Below, one piece after another: positions 10,191 through 20,365 of a stretch of DNA of 47,900 nt (position 1 is its first letter; every line of letters begins with the position of its first letter). Under the pieces are notes generated by a model. The model worked only from the letters and a program-made list of their open reading frames with translations, was not told where the DNA came from and searched no databases. Source of the stretch: Opitutaceae bacterium (GTDB lineage Bacteria > Verrucomicrobiota > Verrucomicrobiia > Opitutales > Opitutaceae). The stretch covers positions 1 to 47,900 of the forward strand of contig JAIXRU010000246.1 in assembly GCA_027485045.1 (NCBI GenBank), written 5' to 3'. Made by a program: the position numbers and the translations under genes.

Positions 10191-11765
10191 TTACCGCCCC
10201 GCCTCCTCTTGCCTGCCGGATATGTCAGGCTCAGCAGCCCGACGCCCGAGCAACAAATAATACGTATCTTTTTGAATAACATAAAAATCCCTCTTAAAAA
10301 TCTGCAATAACCTAGCCCGGCTGGCTTCGGGTATATTCTGAAAAGAAGGCATCGACCAACTGTAGTTCAATAAAGGCTCGGCGCTAAACGCCAGCAGTCG
10401 CGTCTGCGGATCCAGGTAACGTTTCTCAAGCGACTCGTAAGTCTCCAACTGAAGCTTGCCCGCCACCTCAGGTGCTAATTCGGAAGTGGCGCTGAAGCCA
10501 CCCATGCGTAGCGTGGAAGGCACCGGAAGCCCGGCCTCAACCGCGAGTATGATATTTGGCCCAATCAACGGCTGCCCCCCCGGCACCCATAACGTGACAC
10601 GACGCGACGCCTCCCATAACAGCGCCGGCAAATCCGCGTCATAAGTCGGCACACCCGGAGGCAGCCACCAAGAAACCAAATTTGGCGGCAAAACCCGTGA
10701 GTAGGATAAATTAATCAGCGGAGCCGTAATGAGCGCGCCCACCCCTATCAACACCACCTGCGCTCGCATAAAAAAATGATTACCATCATTAAACGCACGA
10801 TATAAAACCACCCCCGCACTCATCGCCAATGGCAACAAGAAGGGCACCGCATACTCCTCGTAGGCACCTCTCGGCAAAAGATTGGCCGCCACAGCCGCAG
10901 TCGCGGCGAGAGTCAGCCACCCTTCGCGAGGTTTAATGGAAGTTTTTCGACGGCAAACCGCCACCAAAGCACACAACACCGCCACCCACAGCGCCGGCGC
11001 GAGGGTAGCGAAAGACTGCCACAACACGTGCCAATCTTTATTGGGCAGCGACAAGCGGTGAAATTGTAAAACCCAGAACACACTGCCCTCCGGTGCCGCC
11101 AGATAAAATGGCCCCAAGACCACCGCAGCCATGACCGTGAGCGCCGCCCCGCCTCCCAATAGACGAACGGAAAAGGTCCCCCCTCCGCCCGTGAGCGAAG
11201 CAAGCCAAAGCACAGCAAAAAATGGCGCGGCGGGCAGCCTGCACCCGACACCCAACACCCCAAGGACCCCAATCAATGCGGTGCGGCGCCACCCCGCCGG
11301 CTGCTCCAAAAACACCCAGGCCGCGGCCACCACGACCAGCGCCGTGAAAGCATAGGTCTTACCCAGGTGGATGAAATACATCCACGCCGGCGTCAGGGAG
11401 AACACCACCACCAAAAGCAGCCCGACCCAGGCGCGGGTACGCCGTGCGAGCCAGAACGCAGCCAGCGCCAACGCCAACGCGCCCCAAACCCCGTTCACCG
11501 CTCGCTGCTCGAACAAACCATACCCCGTGAAACGCATCACCAAGCCATTAATGTAGGGCAGGAGCGGCGTCTGCGTATACCCGAAGTCGCGATAAGGCAT
11601 CTCTCCCTGCATCACCGCGCGGGCCGCCACGGCGTAAAAACCTTCGTCGGCATTCATGCTGCCGAAAAACACATGTCCCAATGCGCTAGTAAGATAGAGT
11701 AAAACAACCCCGACTGCACAGCGCCTCAGCCAAGGCCCGCCACCCAGAATGGTCACGGCGTTCAT
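10191..11765 (-). CDS. Membrane glycosyltransferase, GT-C/ArnT-PMT-like
   Basis: N-terminal loop DEGFY...A..V.QG.MPYRDF...PL followed by many TM helices and a C-terminal soluble region. Confidence 0.75.
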   Translation of the reverse strand: MNAVTILGGGPWLRRCAVGVVLLYLTSALGHVFFGSMNADEGFYAVAARAVMQGEMPYRDFGYTQTPLLPYINGLVMRFTGYGLFEQRAVNGVWGALALALAAFWLARRTRAWVGLLLVVVFSLTPAWMYFIHLGKTYAFTALVVVAAAWVFLEQPAGWRRTALIGVLGVLGVGCRLPAAPFFAVLWLASLTGGGGTFSVRLLGGGAALTVMAAVVLGPFYLAAPEGSVFWVLQFHRLSLPNKDWHVLWQSFATLAPALWVAVLCALVAVCRRKTSIKPREGWLTLAATAAVAANLLPRGAYEEYAVPFLLPLAMSAGVVLYRAFNDGNHFFMRAQVVLIGVGALITAPLINLSYSRVLPPNLVSWWLPPGVPTYDADLPALLWEASRRVTLWVPGGQPLIGPNIILAVEAGLPVPSTLRMGGFSATSELAPEVAGKLQLETYESLEKRYLDPQTRLLAFSAEPLLNYSWSMPSFQNIPEASRARLLQIFKRDFYVIQKDTYYLLLGRRAAEPDISGRQEEAGR

Positions 11766-12098
11766 CGCAGTCTGTTCGCTCCCTCATCGTGCGCGTCAGG
11801 GCTGGCGTCGCGCCCACCGCATGCGCCGAAGCAACAGGGTTTCCTGGACGAGCACACTGTGATCAGTCGACGTTCAACGACACCGCCGACCTTCGCGCTA
11901 AGGTTTATGATCGTCGATACGCCGACCGATGCGGGCGTGCTCATGGCGGCGAAAAATGCAGATCCAAAAACTTCATGCACAACAATCCCTCAAGCTAGGC
12001 AGCCGGGCCCGCTTGGGAAGCGTTTTCCCGATCAACCATGAGAAGCGCGACGTCCCTGTCTTCCACCCACGCCCTGATAGGCATTTAGGCCACTTCGC

Positions 12099-12125
12099 TT
12101 CAGAATAGACAAATACGGTCGATAC
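12099..12125 (+). promoter_or_regulatory. Possible sigma28 (FliA) promoter
   Basis: TTCAG-N14-GTCGATAC resembles TAAAG/TCAAG-N14-GCCGATAA and lies upstream of flagellin in the same orientation. Confidence 0.45.
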
Positions 12126-12132
12126 CTAAGCA

Positions 12133-12280
12133 GGGCGCAAGGACGTGCCCGGCGCAGCGGCCTAACACCGCTTCGCTTAACCCAAACCACCGATGATCAA
12201 GGACGATCTTAGTTCCCCGCCGCTTGCGGCCACGCAAACACCACGCGCCAAACCGCCGTGGACAGGACGCAGCGCCCACG
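12133..12280 (+). promoter_or_regulatory. CsrA/RsmA-type GGA-loop hairpins
   Basis: GGGCGC-AAGGAC-GTGCCC (12133-12150), GATC-AAGGAC-GATC (12195-12208), and CAGGACG inside CGTGG...CCACG (12257-12280). Confidence 0.5.
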
Positions 12281-12620
12281 CACCACCGGGCTACAGCTCT
12301 GGGTCGCCACCCCCCGCCACTCGCCTCCCCCTTTCGTGCCTGGCCGCTGCGCCTGCCCGTGCCGCGCCCGCCACCCCGGCCACCACGCACCCGTCTCGGG
12401 CCTTCCCCGCCCAGGCTCCGCCCTGCCCGCGCATTCCCCCGGCCACCGCTCCGCCTCGCGGCCCACTCGGCGACCGCTCTCCCGGTGCGCGCCGTCATCT
12501 CCCGACGCCGCCCTACCTCCTCACCCCTTACTACTCCATCAACCCGTATCACCCATCTGTTTTTCGGCTATTTCCGAATCATGAAACCCGTCACTTCACC
12601 ACCTTAACCCACTACTCGTT

Positions 12621-13433
12621 ATGAGCATAAGCATAAGCAGTAATTCCGCCGCCATGTGGGCGTCGAACAACTTGGCGAGCACCAATAGCTCGTTGCAACG
12701 CAGCCTCACCCGCCTTGCCACCGGCACCAAAATCATGAGTCCCACCGAGGATTCAGGAGGTCTCGCCGTCGGCCTGAAACAACGCGCCGCCACCAACCGG
12801 CAGGATGCCGCCAACACCAACATCGGCAACGGCACCTCCTTCCTGCAAACTCAGGACGGAGCCCTGCGCCTCACTGCCAAAATCATCGACCGCATCGGCG
12901 AGCTCAAAACCCTCAGCGGGGACGTCACCAAGAGCAGCTCCGATCAGGACGCCTACAACACCGAGTTCTCCTACCTCCAGGATCAACTCACGTCCTTATC
13001 CAAGGAAAAGTTCAACAACGTCTCCCTCTTCAGTGCCAGCGCACTCTCCGTGCAAAGCACCGAGGACGGCGAAACGATGATCTCGCTTACCGGCATCGAT
13101 CTGTTCGGCGGTGGCTCACCCACCAATACCGCCGACATCGCCAACGCCGCCAACCTGAGCGCGGTCAGCCACGACACGCTCACCGGCGCGCTCCAGAACG
13201 TGGCCGACCACCGCGCCACCAACGGCGCGCTCCAGACCCGGATGAACTACGCCTCCGAACTGCTGACCGTGAACAAGACCAACTTGGACGCCGCCATCAG
13301 CCGTATCATGGACGTGGATGTGGCCGAGGAATCCACCCAGCTCGCCCGCTGGAATACCTTGACCCAATCCGGCACCTCCGTGCTCGCCCAAGCCAACCAA
13401 AGCCCGCAACTCGCCCTGAAACTCCTCACCTAA
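12621..13433 (+). CDS. fliC: Flagellin (short, essentially D0/D1 only)
   Basis: SLTRLATG.KI...EDSGGLAV, LQTQDGAL, FNN..LF, RA..GA.Q.R, ISRIMDVDVAEES, LAQANQ.PQ..L.LL. Confidence 0.93.
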   Translation: MSISISSNSAAMWASNNLASTNSSLQRSLTRLATGTKIMSPTEDSGGLAVGLKQRAATNRQDAANTNIGNGTSFLQTQDGALRLTAKIIDRIGELKTLSGDVTKSSSDQDAYNTEFSYLQDQLTSLSKEKFNNVSLFSASALSVQSTEDGETMISLTGIDLFGGGSPTNTADIANAANLSAVSHDTLTGALQNVADHRATNGALQTRMNYASELLTVNKTNLDAAISRIMDVDVAEESTQLARWNTLTQSGTSVLAQANQSPQLALKLLT

Positions 13434-13562
13434 AACGAGTGCGTGGTCGCCGCACCCCGCCATTCGCAAACCAGACAACGCCTCCCACCCAACTCGCACC
13501 GGCCCACCAACCGGTGCGACCACCCCCCAAGCACCGGGCGGTGGCGCAGCCGCGCCGCCGCC

Positions 13563-14330
13563 TCACCCCTTCAAGCCCGCCAGCGCCTCCCGCGCCCGCA
13601 TCTTGGCCGACTCATCGTAGAGTTCCACCGAGGGCAGCGCCAAACCGCGCTCAAAACTCGCGCGCGCCTCCCCCTCCCGATCCAAGGCCAGATAAGCGAA
13701 CGCCAGCTCCAAGTGGTGCGGCACCCGCTGCGGAGCCAAGGCCACCGCCTTTTCCAACTGCCGCACCGCCTCCTCCTTCGAAGCCTCGGGCAGTCCGCCG
13801 TAAATCAGCCGGACAAAAAACCTCTTGGTCGATCCCAGACTCGCAACCTCGTAGTGCCAGCGCCCCAGCACATGGTGCGCCCAGTCGTAATTCGGATCGA
13901 GCACGATGGCCTGCAAAGCCGCCTCCCGCACCTTGCGCGAGTATTCAATTTTCCCTCGCGTGTCGCTGTAAACCCCCATCTTGCCGTAACAAATCGCCAG
14001 CGAGAGCACATTCACCGCGTTGTCCGGCGCGAGTTTCACCGCCCGTTCCGCGTAGACCAGGGCCTGCTCCGCCTGCGCCTTGCGCTCCGCATCACTAGTC
14101 ACCACCAGGCCCAGGTCGGAAAGCTGCTGGGCGATTTTCTGTAAAATCACCGCATCGTCCGGCTGCAGCCTGTCCGCCTCGCGATAAAGTTCCAAAGCCG
14201 CCGCCACCTCGAACCGGGCCTCCGCCGCCCGCGCCCGCGCGAGCACCTCGGTGACCCCCGCAACTTGCGCCGACACCACTCCCGCAAGGACCGAAAACAG
14301 GGCCGTCCAGAGCATTGTGCGCAACGTCAT
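13563..14330 (-). CDS. Exported tetratricopeptide-repeat protein
   Basis: Signal peptide ending ..VSA/Q; TPR-like helices (AERAVKLAPDN, AIVLDPNYDWAHHVLGRWH, LEKAVALAP). Confidence 0.8.
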   Translation of the reverse strand: MTLRTMLWTALFSVLAGVVSAQVAGVTEVLARARAAEARFEVAAALELYREADRLQPDDAVILQKIAQQLSDLGLVVTSDAERKAQAEQALVYAERAVKLAPDNAVNVLSLAICYGKMGVYSDTRGKIEYSRKVREAALQAIVLDPNYDWAHHVLGRWHYEVASLGSTKRFFVRLIYGGLPEASKEEAVRQLEKAVALAPQRVPHHLELAFAYLALDREGEARASFERGLALPSVELYDESAKMRAREALAGLKG

Positions 14331-14384
14331 GTGCCCACCCTGCCTCTCCCTTCACTTTTCGCAAACGCCGACGCCACCCGACGC

Positions 14385-15299
14385 TCAAAACAACTCCGCC
14401 AACTGCGCCAGATACGCGTCAAACCAGATGTCCGCCCCCAGAAAGTAAATCGCCGCACCCACCGCCAGCATCGGCCCGAACGGCACCTGCACGCCCAGCG
14501 CGAGCTGCTCCGTCACCGCACCCTGACCGTCCTCCACGCGCGGCGTGATCGGGGCCTTTTTACCCGAAGCCTTCTGCCACGCCCACGCCAGCGCCACCCA
14601 CACCGTGCCCACAATCGCCCCGCCGAAAATCGAAAACAAGGCCCCCTGCCAGCCGCAAAACGCCCCCACCGCCCCCACAAATTTCACATCGCCGAACCCC
14701 ATCGCCTCCTTGCGCAGCACCGCCTCCGCCACCAGCGCGATCCATAAGACCACCCCGGACCCAATCAACAGCCCCACCAAGCCCGTGCCGCCCGAACGCA
14801 GATGCGCCAGCAGCGGTATTTCCCCCGCCGCCCCGTGCAGCGCCGGAAACCCGAACGACAACCCCACCCCGGCCACACCCAGCCCGATCGTGAACACATC
14901 CGGAATGATCATGTGGTCCAGATCGATGAACGTCGCGCACACCAGACAGCTCAAAAACAACATCCCGAGCAACGCCTTCTCCGGCCCGAAGCGCAGCGCG
15001 CAGCCCAGAAACAACCCCGCCGTCAGCAGCTCCACAAACGCATACCGGAACGCGTAAGGCCGCCCGCAGCAGCGCGCCTTCCCGCGCAGGATAAACCACG
15101 AGAGCACCGGTATGTTGTCGAACCACGCGATCGGCTTGCCGCAGGCACAATGCGAGCCCGGCGTCACGATGGATTTCTCCAAAGGCATCCGGTAAATCAC
15201 CACGTTTAAAAAACTGCCGACAATCGCGCCGAAGCCCGCCGCGCACAGCGGGAAAAACCAGGGGAACTCCAGGGCGAAAACGGCAAGATTGTAGTTCAT
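14385..15299 (-). CDS. pilD: Prepilin peptidase / N-methyltransferase (A24 family)
   Basis: GSFLNVVIYRMP, SHCACG and RCCG Cys pairs, IDLDHMIIPD, MGFGDVK, PFGPML. Confidence 0.93.
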   Translation of the reverse strand: MNYNLAVFALEFPWFFPLCAAGFGAIVGSFLNVVIYRMPLEKSIVTPGSHCACGKPIAWFDNIPVLSWFILRGKARCCGRPYAFRYAFVELLTAGLFLGCALRFGPEKALLGMLFLSCLVCATFIDLDHMIIPDVFTIGLGVAGVGLSFGFPALHGAAGEIPLLAHLRSGGTGLVGLLIGSGVVLWIALVAEAVLRKEAMGFGDVKFVGAVGAFCGWQGALFSIFGGAIVGTVWVALAWAWQKASGKKAPITPRVEDGQGAVTEQLALGVQVPFGPMLAVGAAIYFLGADIWFDAYLAQLAELF

Positions 15300-15323
15300 G
15301 TCGAAAGCAAAATAGGGCGCGGC

Positions 15324-16154
15324 CTAAACCGCAGCGTCCGCCAGCGGGAACGAAGCGGCGGCGGCGGTCAACTCCACCCGGCTCACCGTCACCGCCTGAC
15401 CGCGCAGCAACACCCGCTCGCCGCGCACCGCCACCTTCACCACCCCGCCGCGCTCGCTCGCCTGATAGGCGGTAAACTCGCTCCGCCCCAAACGCGCCTG
15501 CCAATACGGCCCGAGCACGCAGTGGGCCGAGCCCGTCACCGGATCCTCGTTCACCCCCACGCCCGGCGCGAAGAAGCGCGACACGAAATCAAACCCCGGC
15601 GTCGCCGCCCGCGCCGTCACGATCACCCCGCGCCCCGGCACCGCCGCCAGCCGTCCGAAATCCGGCCTCAGCCCGCGCACCGCCGCCTCATCCGCCAGCT
15701 CCACCACGAGATCGTAAGTCGAGCGCGACACCGCCACCACCGCGCCCGCCGCCACACCCAGCCCTTCGATCAATCCGGCCGGAACCTCCACCCCAAGCGA
15801 CGGCAGCGCCGGGAAATCCAGCTCTATCCAGTCGCCCTCTTTTCGCGCGGTTAGCTCGCCGCTCAAAGTTTTAAACCGCGCCACTTCGTCCGCGCCCAAC
15901 ACCCCGCCGGTCCACAAAGCATGCGCGGCGGCCAGCGTCGCGTGCCCGCACAGGGCCACCTCCGCCGCCGGGGTAAACCAGCGTAGCGCAAACCCGCCCG
16001 GCGCCGCATGCAGAAAAGCCGTCTCGGAAAGATTCATCTCCCGCGCGATCAAGCGCATCGCCGTCTCGCCGACCGGCGCCGCCGTCAGACAAACCGCCGC
16101 AGGATTGCCCGCAAACGGCCGGTCCGCAAACGCATCGATCACCTCCAGTTTCAT
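15324..16154 (-). CDS. PhzF-family isomerase
   Basis: DAFADRPFAGNPAAV, EMNLSETAF, LRWFTP..EVALCGHATLA, EDPVTGSAH. Confidence 0.93.
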   Translation of the reverse strand: MKLEVIDAFADRPFAGNPAAVCLTAAPVGETAMRLIAREMNLSETAFLHAAPGGFALRWFTPAAEVALCGHATLAAAHALWTGGVLGADEVARFKTLSGELTARKEGDWIELDFPALPSLGVEVPAGLIEGLGVAAGAVVAVSRSTYDLVVELADEAAVRGLRPDFGRLAAVPGRGVIVTARAATPGFDFVSRFFAPGVGVNEDPVTGSAHCVLGPYWQARLGRSEFTAYQASERGGVVKVAVRGERVLLRGQAVTVSRVELTAAAASFPLADAAV

Positions 16155-16954
16155 GCCCGCCCTCCGGCCGTCCCGAAGCGACGCAGATTCTTCAAGGCCA
16201 CATCAAATTCGCGCGGCAAGGGCGCGGTGATCGTCACCGGCTCGCGGGTCAGGGGATGGTTAACCGTCAGCTCGCTCGCATGCAGCCCGAGCCGCGCCAG
16301 CAACGGCTTCTCCTCGTCGCGCCCCTTGTATCCACGTTTCAAATCCGAAAGCCGCAGCTCCACATCCGGCACGCCGTAAAACGGATCGGCCAGGATCGGC
16401 GCGCCCGCCGCCGCCAGATGCACCCGCAACTGGTGGGTGCGCCCGGTCAGCGGTGCGCACTCCACCCAGGCAAAAGCCCGCCCCAAGCGGTCATGAAACC
16501 GCTCCAAGGTCCGGAACACCGTGATCGAGGCCTTGCCGCCGCGCCGCTTAAAAACCCGCATCCGCCCCGGCTGCTCCTCGTCCTCGCCCAGCGCCAAATC
16601 GACCGTGAACTCCGCCGGCAGCAGCCCCGCCTCGTCCCGCGCCACGCGCCCCACCTTCATCGCCTCGTCCACCGGCGGCACATAACAGAGCGCATGGTAC
16701 ACTTTCTTCGCGGTCTTGGACTGGAATTGCCCCGACATGAAATCGAGCGAGACCTTGTCCTTGGTGCAGAGCAGCACGCCCGAAGTGGCGGCATCGAGCC
16801 GGTGCACGTTGGCGACGTGATGTCCGAGTTTTTCGTGCACCATGGCCATCAAGTTGGCGCGGGCCTTGTCCCAGCGGTCGGGCGCGATCAGCAGGCCGCT
16901 GGGTTTATCAAAGGCGAGGAGGGCGTCGTCCTCATGTAGGATGGGCGGAAGCAT
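16151..16954 (-). CDS. RluA-family RNA pseudouridine synthase
   Basis: DKPSGL, catalytic HRLDAATSG, TGRTHQLRVH, PIL.D..YG, LHA. ATG at 16954; stop overlaps the PhzF start. Confidence 0.93.
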   Translation of the reverse strand: MLPPILHEDDALLAFDKPSGLLIAPDRWDKARANLMAMVHEKLGHHVANVHRLDAATSGVLLCTKDKVSLDFMSGQFQSKTAKKVYHALCYVPPVDEAMKVGRVARDEAGLLPAEFTVDLALGEDEEQPGRMRVFKRRGGKASITVFRTLERFHDRLGRAFAWVECAPLTGRTHQLRVHLAAAGAPILADPFYGVPDVELRLSDLKRGYKGRDEEKPLLARLGLHASELTVNHPLTREPVTITAPLPREFDVALKNLRRFGTAGGRA

Positions 16955-17027
16955 ACGTGCAGCCCGCATACAAAACACCCGCCCGCCAAAGCGAAAGCCC
17001 AAGCTTCGCCCCGCCACCCCCAAAAGA

Positions 17028-17127
17028 CAAAGTAACCTATTGGGTTACTTTGCCGGCCTGTTCTTCCCGTCGCCCCGCATCTCGCCCCATAGCTGGGATT
17101 GTAACAAAACCGTGACAGCCAGGTGAA
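17028..17127. promoter_or_regulatory. Perfect palindrome plus Pho-box-like 11-bp-phased direct repeats in a divergent intergenic region
   Basis: CAAAGTAACC-tattg-GGTTACTTTG (17028-17052). TTGTAAC-aaaa-CCGTGAC-agcc-AGGTGAA (17099-17127), which reads CTGTCACGGTTTTGTTAC on the minus strand. Confidence 0.4.
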
Positions 17128-17244
17128 CACGCGGTGACGCCGCCCGCGCGGGCTTGCCCGCCCGTGTCCATCTCGCGAGGGCTCAAAGCAGTCCATAACC
17201 TCGTACCCAGCCAAACGTCCTTCGCCCATCGCTCACCGTCCGCC

Positions 17245-18363
17245 ATGCTAGAGTCGAAAAATCCCCCCGCCCGCTCTTTCCTCGCCGCCTTCGGCCGGTT
17301 TTCCCCGGCCCAGCCGCTCCGCACTTTGCTGCGCACCACCGGCAAACGCTTCAATCCGGCGCGCGTAGAAACCCTTTCCTCCGTCGCCGGCCCCGCCGTG
17401 CGCGCCTGCCTCGCCCGCGGCGAGGGCGCGCCCGAGATGCTCGCCTGCATCCGCCGGGAAAATCGTCGCGGCACCCAACCCACCATCGTGCTGGGCGGCT
17501 ATGTGCCCGACGCCGGCGAACAAGTTTACCTCGTACGCGGCTTCCTCGCCCGCCAGGGCAGCATCTACTTCGTGGACTACCCGCGCACCGACTTCAACTC
17601 CGCCCTGCTTGCCGCCCAGCTCAATGACCTCGTCGCCGAGATCAATGCCCGCGAAGCCTCCCCACCGGTCGTGCTCGCGGTCAGTTTCGGCGCTGGCGTG
17701 GTCCTCGACTGGCTGCGTCGCACCCGCCTGAGCGGAAGCTCCGCTCCGCACCTCGGCGGCCTCATCCTCATCAGCCCCGTCTGCTCCTCCCTTGATATCG
17801 TCGCACCCGGCGAGACCAAGCCCACCACCTTGCTCGGTCGCGCGCTCAAGCCCATGCTCGACGCCCCGGAAACCGAAAACGCCGCCGCCGTGGAAAAAGC
17901 CCGCGCCATCTTCGCCCGCATGTTCGAGGCCGGAGCCCAAAACAAGACCGCCCTCGCCACCCTCCTCACCCGTCACGAGCTCAACGAGCTCCGCGCCGGC
18001 GTGCAGGCCACTATCGCGGGAGTCACCCCCGCCGGAGCCATGGCCCGGGTGCGCGCCATGCAAGCCATGGCCTGCCCCTCCACCTACCTCACCCCCGAAC
18101 TGCTCCCGCTCAGCGACGCCCCCGCCCTCATCCTCTATGCCGAGAAAGAGGGCGCCGTGCTCAGCGATCGTGCCCCCGGCCGCCACGTCCTGGAAAAATC
18201 CTGCGCCAGCTTTTTCCCTCGGGGCCTCTGCCGTATGATCAGCAACCCCCACGGCTCACCCATCCAGCATGCCTCGCTCATCTTTCACGCCAGTAACTTT
18301 TTACCCGTTTTCGGCCGTTTCTACCGTTCGCTAAAAAAGCATAAAGCCTTGGTTTCTATATGA
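17245..18363 (+). CDS. Alpha/beta hydrolase fold protein
   Basis: Nucleophile elbow LAVSFGAG, LILISP, and a C-terminal His (IQHASL). ATG at 17245. Confidence 0.75.
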   Translation: MLESKNPPARSFLAAFGRFSPAQPLRTLLRTTGKRFNPARVETLSSVAGPAVRACLARGEGAPEMLACIRRENRRGTQPTIVLGGYVPDAGEQVYLVRGFLARQGSIYFVDYPRTDFNSALLAAQLNDLVAEINAREASPPVVLAVSFGAGVVLDWLRRTRLSGSSAPHLGGLILISPVCSSLDIVAPGETKPTTLLGRALKPMLDAPETENAAAVEKARAIFARMFEAGAQNKTALATLLTRHELNELRAGVQATIAGVTPAGAMARVRAMQAMACPSTYLTPELLPLSDAPALILYAEKEGAVLSDRAPGRHVLEKSCASFFPRGLCRMISNPHGSPIQHASLIFHASNFLPVFGRFYRSLKKHKALVSI

Positions 18364-18425
18364 ATTCCCTTGCGACACCTCCGGCCGGAGACTTGCTACC
18401 CCCTGTCTCCGGTTCAGAGCCGCCC

Positions 18426-20027
18426 ATGCCCTTACCACCCAAGTCACTGCTCGCCTTCGGTGCCCGTATCATGAGCGGACGCACCTCGCGCCGCATGAAT
18501 GCCCCCGGCTGGGCCCTTGCCGCGCAGGATAAACACGCCGCCCGCCTGCGCCGCGCCCTCGCCACCACCAGCTATGGTCGCAGTCTCGGCATCGAAGCAC
18601 GCCTGTCCGATACCCTCTGGCGCGAACGCGTGCCACTGCGCACCTACGAGGCTTTCGCCAACGACATCGAACGCATGAAAAAGGGCGAGGCCGACGTGCT
18701 CTGGCCCGGACGGTGCAGCTTTTTCGCCATCTCCTCCGGCACCACCGCCGGCCGCACCAAATACCTGCCGATCACCGATGGCATGATCGCCCACTTCCGC
18801 AAAGCCGGGCTCGACTCCCTCCTCTACTACGCCGCCCGCACCGGCCGCGGCGACGTCTTCGGCGGCAAACACCTCTTCCTCGGAGGCGCCACTTCCCTCT
18901 CCCCCCTGCCCGAGGCCCAAGACCACCCCGCCTTCGCGGGCGACCTCAGCGGAATCACCGCCCTAAACCTGCCAGGCTGGGTCGAAAAACACCTTTACGA
19001 ACCCGGCTTTGAGATCGCCCAGATGACGGACTGGCCGGCCAAAATCGCCGCGATCGCCGCCCGCTGCACCGACCGCGACATCCGCCTGCTCGCCGGCATC
19101 CCCAGTTGGGTGCTCATCCTCGCCACCGCCATCCTCGAACGAGCCGCACAAAACTCCAAAGGAGCCCGCACCTTCCGCACCCTGCGCGAAGTCTGGCCGC
19201 ACTTCGAATGCCTCGTGCACGGCGGCGTGCCCATCGGCCCCTTCGCCGGCGAACTCCGCGCCGTCTGCGGCCAAGGCGTTAACTTCCACGAAGTCTACCC
19301 CGCCTCCGAAGGCTTCATCGCCGCCCAAGACTCCGAACCCGAAGCCGGCCTGCGCCTCATGGCCGATGCCGGCATCTACTACGAATTCCTTCCCCTGGCC
19401 GATTACGACGACGCCCGCCTCGAACACCTCGGCACCCGCGCCGTGCCCCTCTCCGGCGTAAAAACCGGGGTCGACTACGCCCTCGTCATGAGCACCCCCG
19501 GCGGCCTTACCCGCTACGTCATCGGCGACGTCGTGCGCTTCACCTCCACCGCCCCCGCCCGCCTCGTCTACAGCGGCCGCACCAAACTCCAGCTCAGTGC
19601 TTTCGGCGAACACGTGATCGAGAAAGAACTCACCGACGCCCTCACCACCGTCTGCAACCGCGAGAAATGGCAGGTGGTCAACTTCCACGTCGCGCCCATC
19701 TTCATCAACTCCCTCACCGGCCAGAAACGCGGCAGCCACGAATGGTGGCTCGAACTGCGCGTAGGCTCCTACAGCACCCCCCGCGGACCCGCCATAGCCG
19801 AGGCCCTCGACGTCGAACTCCAACGCCTCAACGACGACTACGAAGCCAAACGCAAGGGCGGCGGCCTGCTCATGCCCACCGTCCGCCTCGTCATGCCGGG
19901 CGTTTTTGAACAGTGGCAACGCAGTGTCGGCCGCTGGGGTGGTCAAAATAAAATGCCCCGCTGCCGCAGCGACCGCCAGATCGCCGACGAACTCGCCAAA
20001 CACTCCCCCTTTCACGACGTTGCGTAA
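18426..20027 (+). CDS. GH3 family acyl-adenylate-forming enzyme ('GH3 auxin-responsive promoter' family)
   Basis: P-loop SSGTTAG.TK, YPASEG, YYEF, RYVIGDVV.F, N.DY..KR, GGQNKMPR. Start could also be 18360. Confidence 0.88.
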   Translation: MPLPPKSLLAFGARIMSGRTSRRMNAPGWALAAQDKHAARLRRALATTSYGRSLGIEARLSDTLWRERVPLRTYEAFANDIERMKKGEADVLWPGRCSFFAISSGTTAGRTKYLPITDGMIAHFRKAGLDSLLYYAARTGRGDVFGGKHLFLGGATSLSPLPEAQDHPAFAGDLSGITALNLPGWVEKHLYEPGFEIAQMTDWPAKIAAIAARCTDRDIRLLAGIPSWVLILATAILERAAQNSKGARTFRTLREVWPHFECLVHGGVPIGPFAGELRAVCGQGVNFHEVYPASEGFIAAQDSEPEAGLRLMADAGIYYEFLPLADYDDARLEHLGTRAVPLSGVKTGVDYALVMSTPGGLTRYVIGDVVRFTSTAPARLVYSGRTKLQLSAFGEHVIEKELTDALTTVCNREKWQVVNFHVAPIFINSLTGQKRGSHEWWLELRVGSYSTPRGPAIAEALDVELQRLNDDYEAKRKGGGLLMPTVRLVMPGVFEQWQRSVGRWGGQNKMPRCRSDRQIADELAKHSPFHDVA

Positions 20028-20203
20028 TACGGGCGGCGTGCCCGTGGTCATCCCGGCCTTTCCGCCTCGCTGGCGGCATCCGCCAGGGACGGCCCGGACG
20101 ACTTGATTTTTAAAACCCGGTCCCTCGCCGCCGGCTCGTACGCGGGTTGCTCTCCGCCCCCCTTCGATAAGGGGAAAACGCCTTCGAGGGAAGTTAGTAT
20201 CAT

Positions 20204-20220
20204 AAAGTTGATACAACTTT
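20204..20220. promoter_or_regulatory. Palindrome, candidate operator upstream of the TonB receptor
   Basis: AAAGTTG-ata-CAACTTT; a second imperfect palindrome CCGTATGTAACGTACATTACGG lies at 20251-20272. Confidence 0.35.
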
Positions 20221-20365
20221 CGCGCACATTTTAGGGAAACGAACCGAAGGCCGTATGTAACGTACATTACGGAAATGTGAAATCACGCCGGAATCGGATC
20301 CGTTGCATTGACTCCGCCGGATTCTCGCCCGCCTTCGCTGGGACTTAAATTTTAAAACCATTTTT

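Noticed and set aside
11762-12624. Short ORFs between the glycosyltransferase and flagellin
   Set aside because: Overlapping Pro/Arg-rich or motif-less translations; treated as non-coding.
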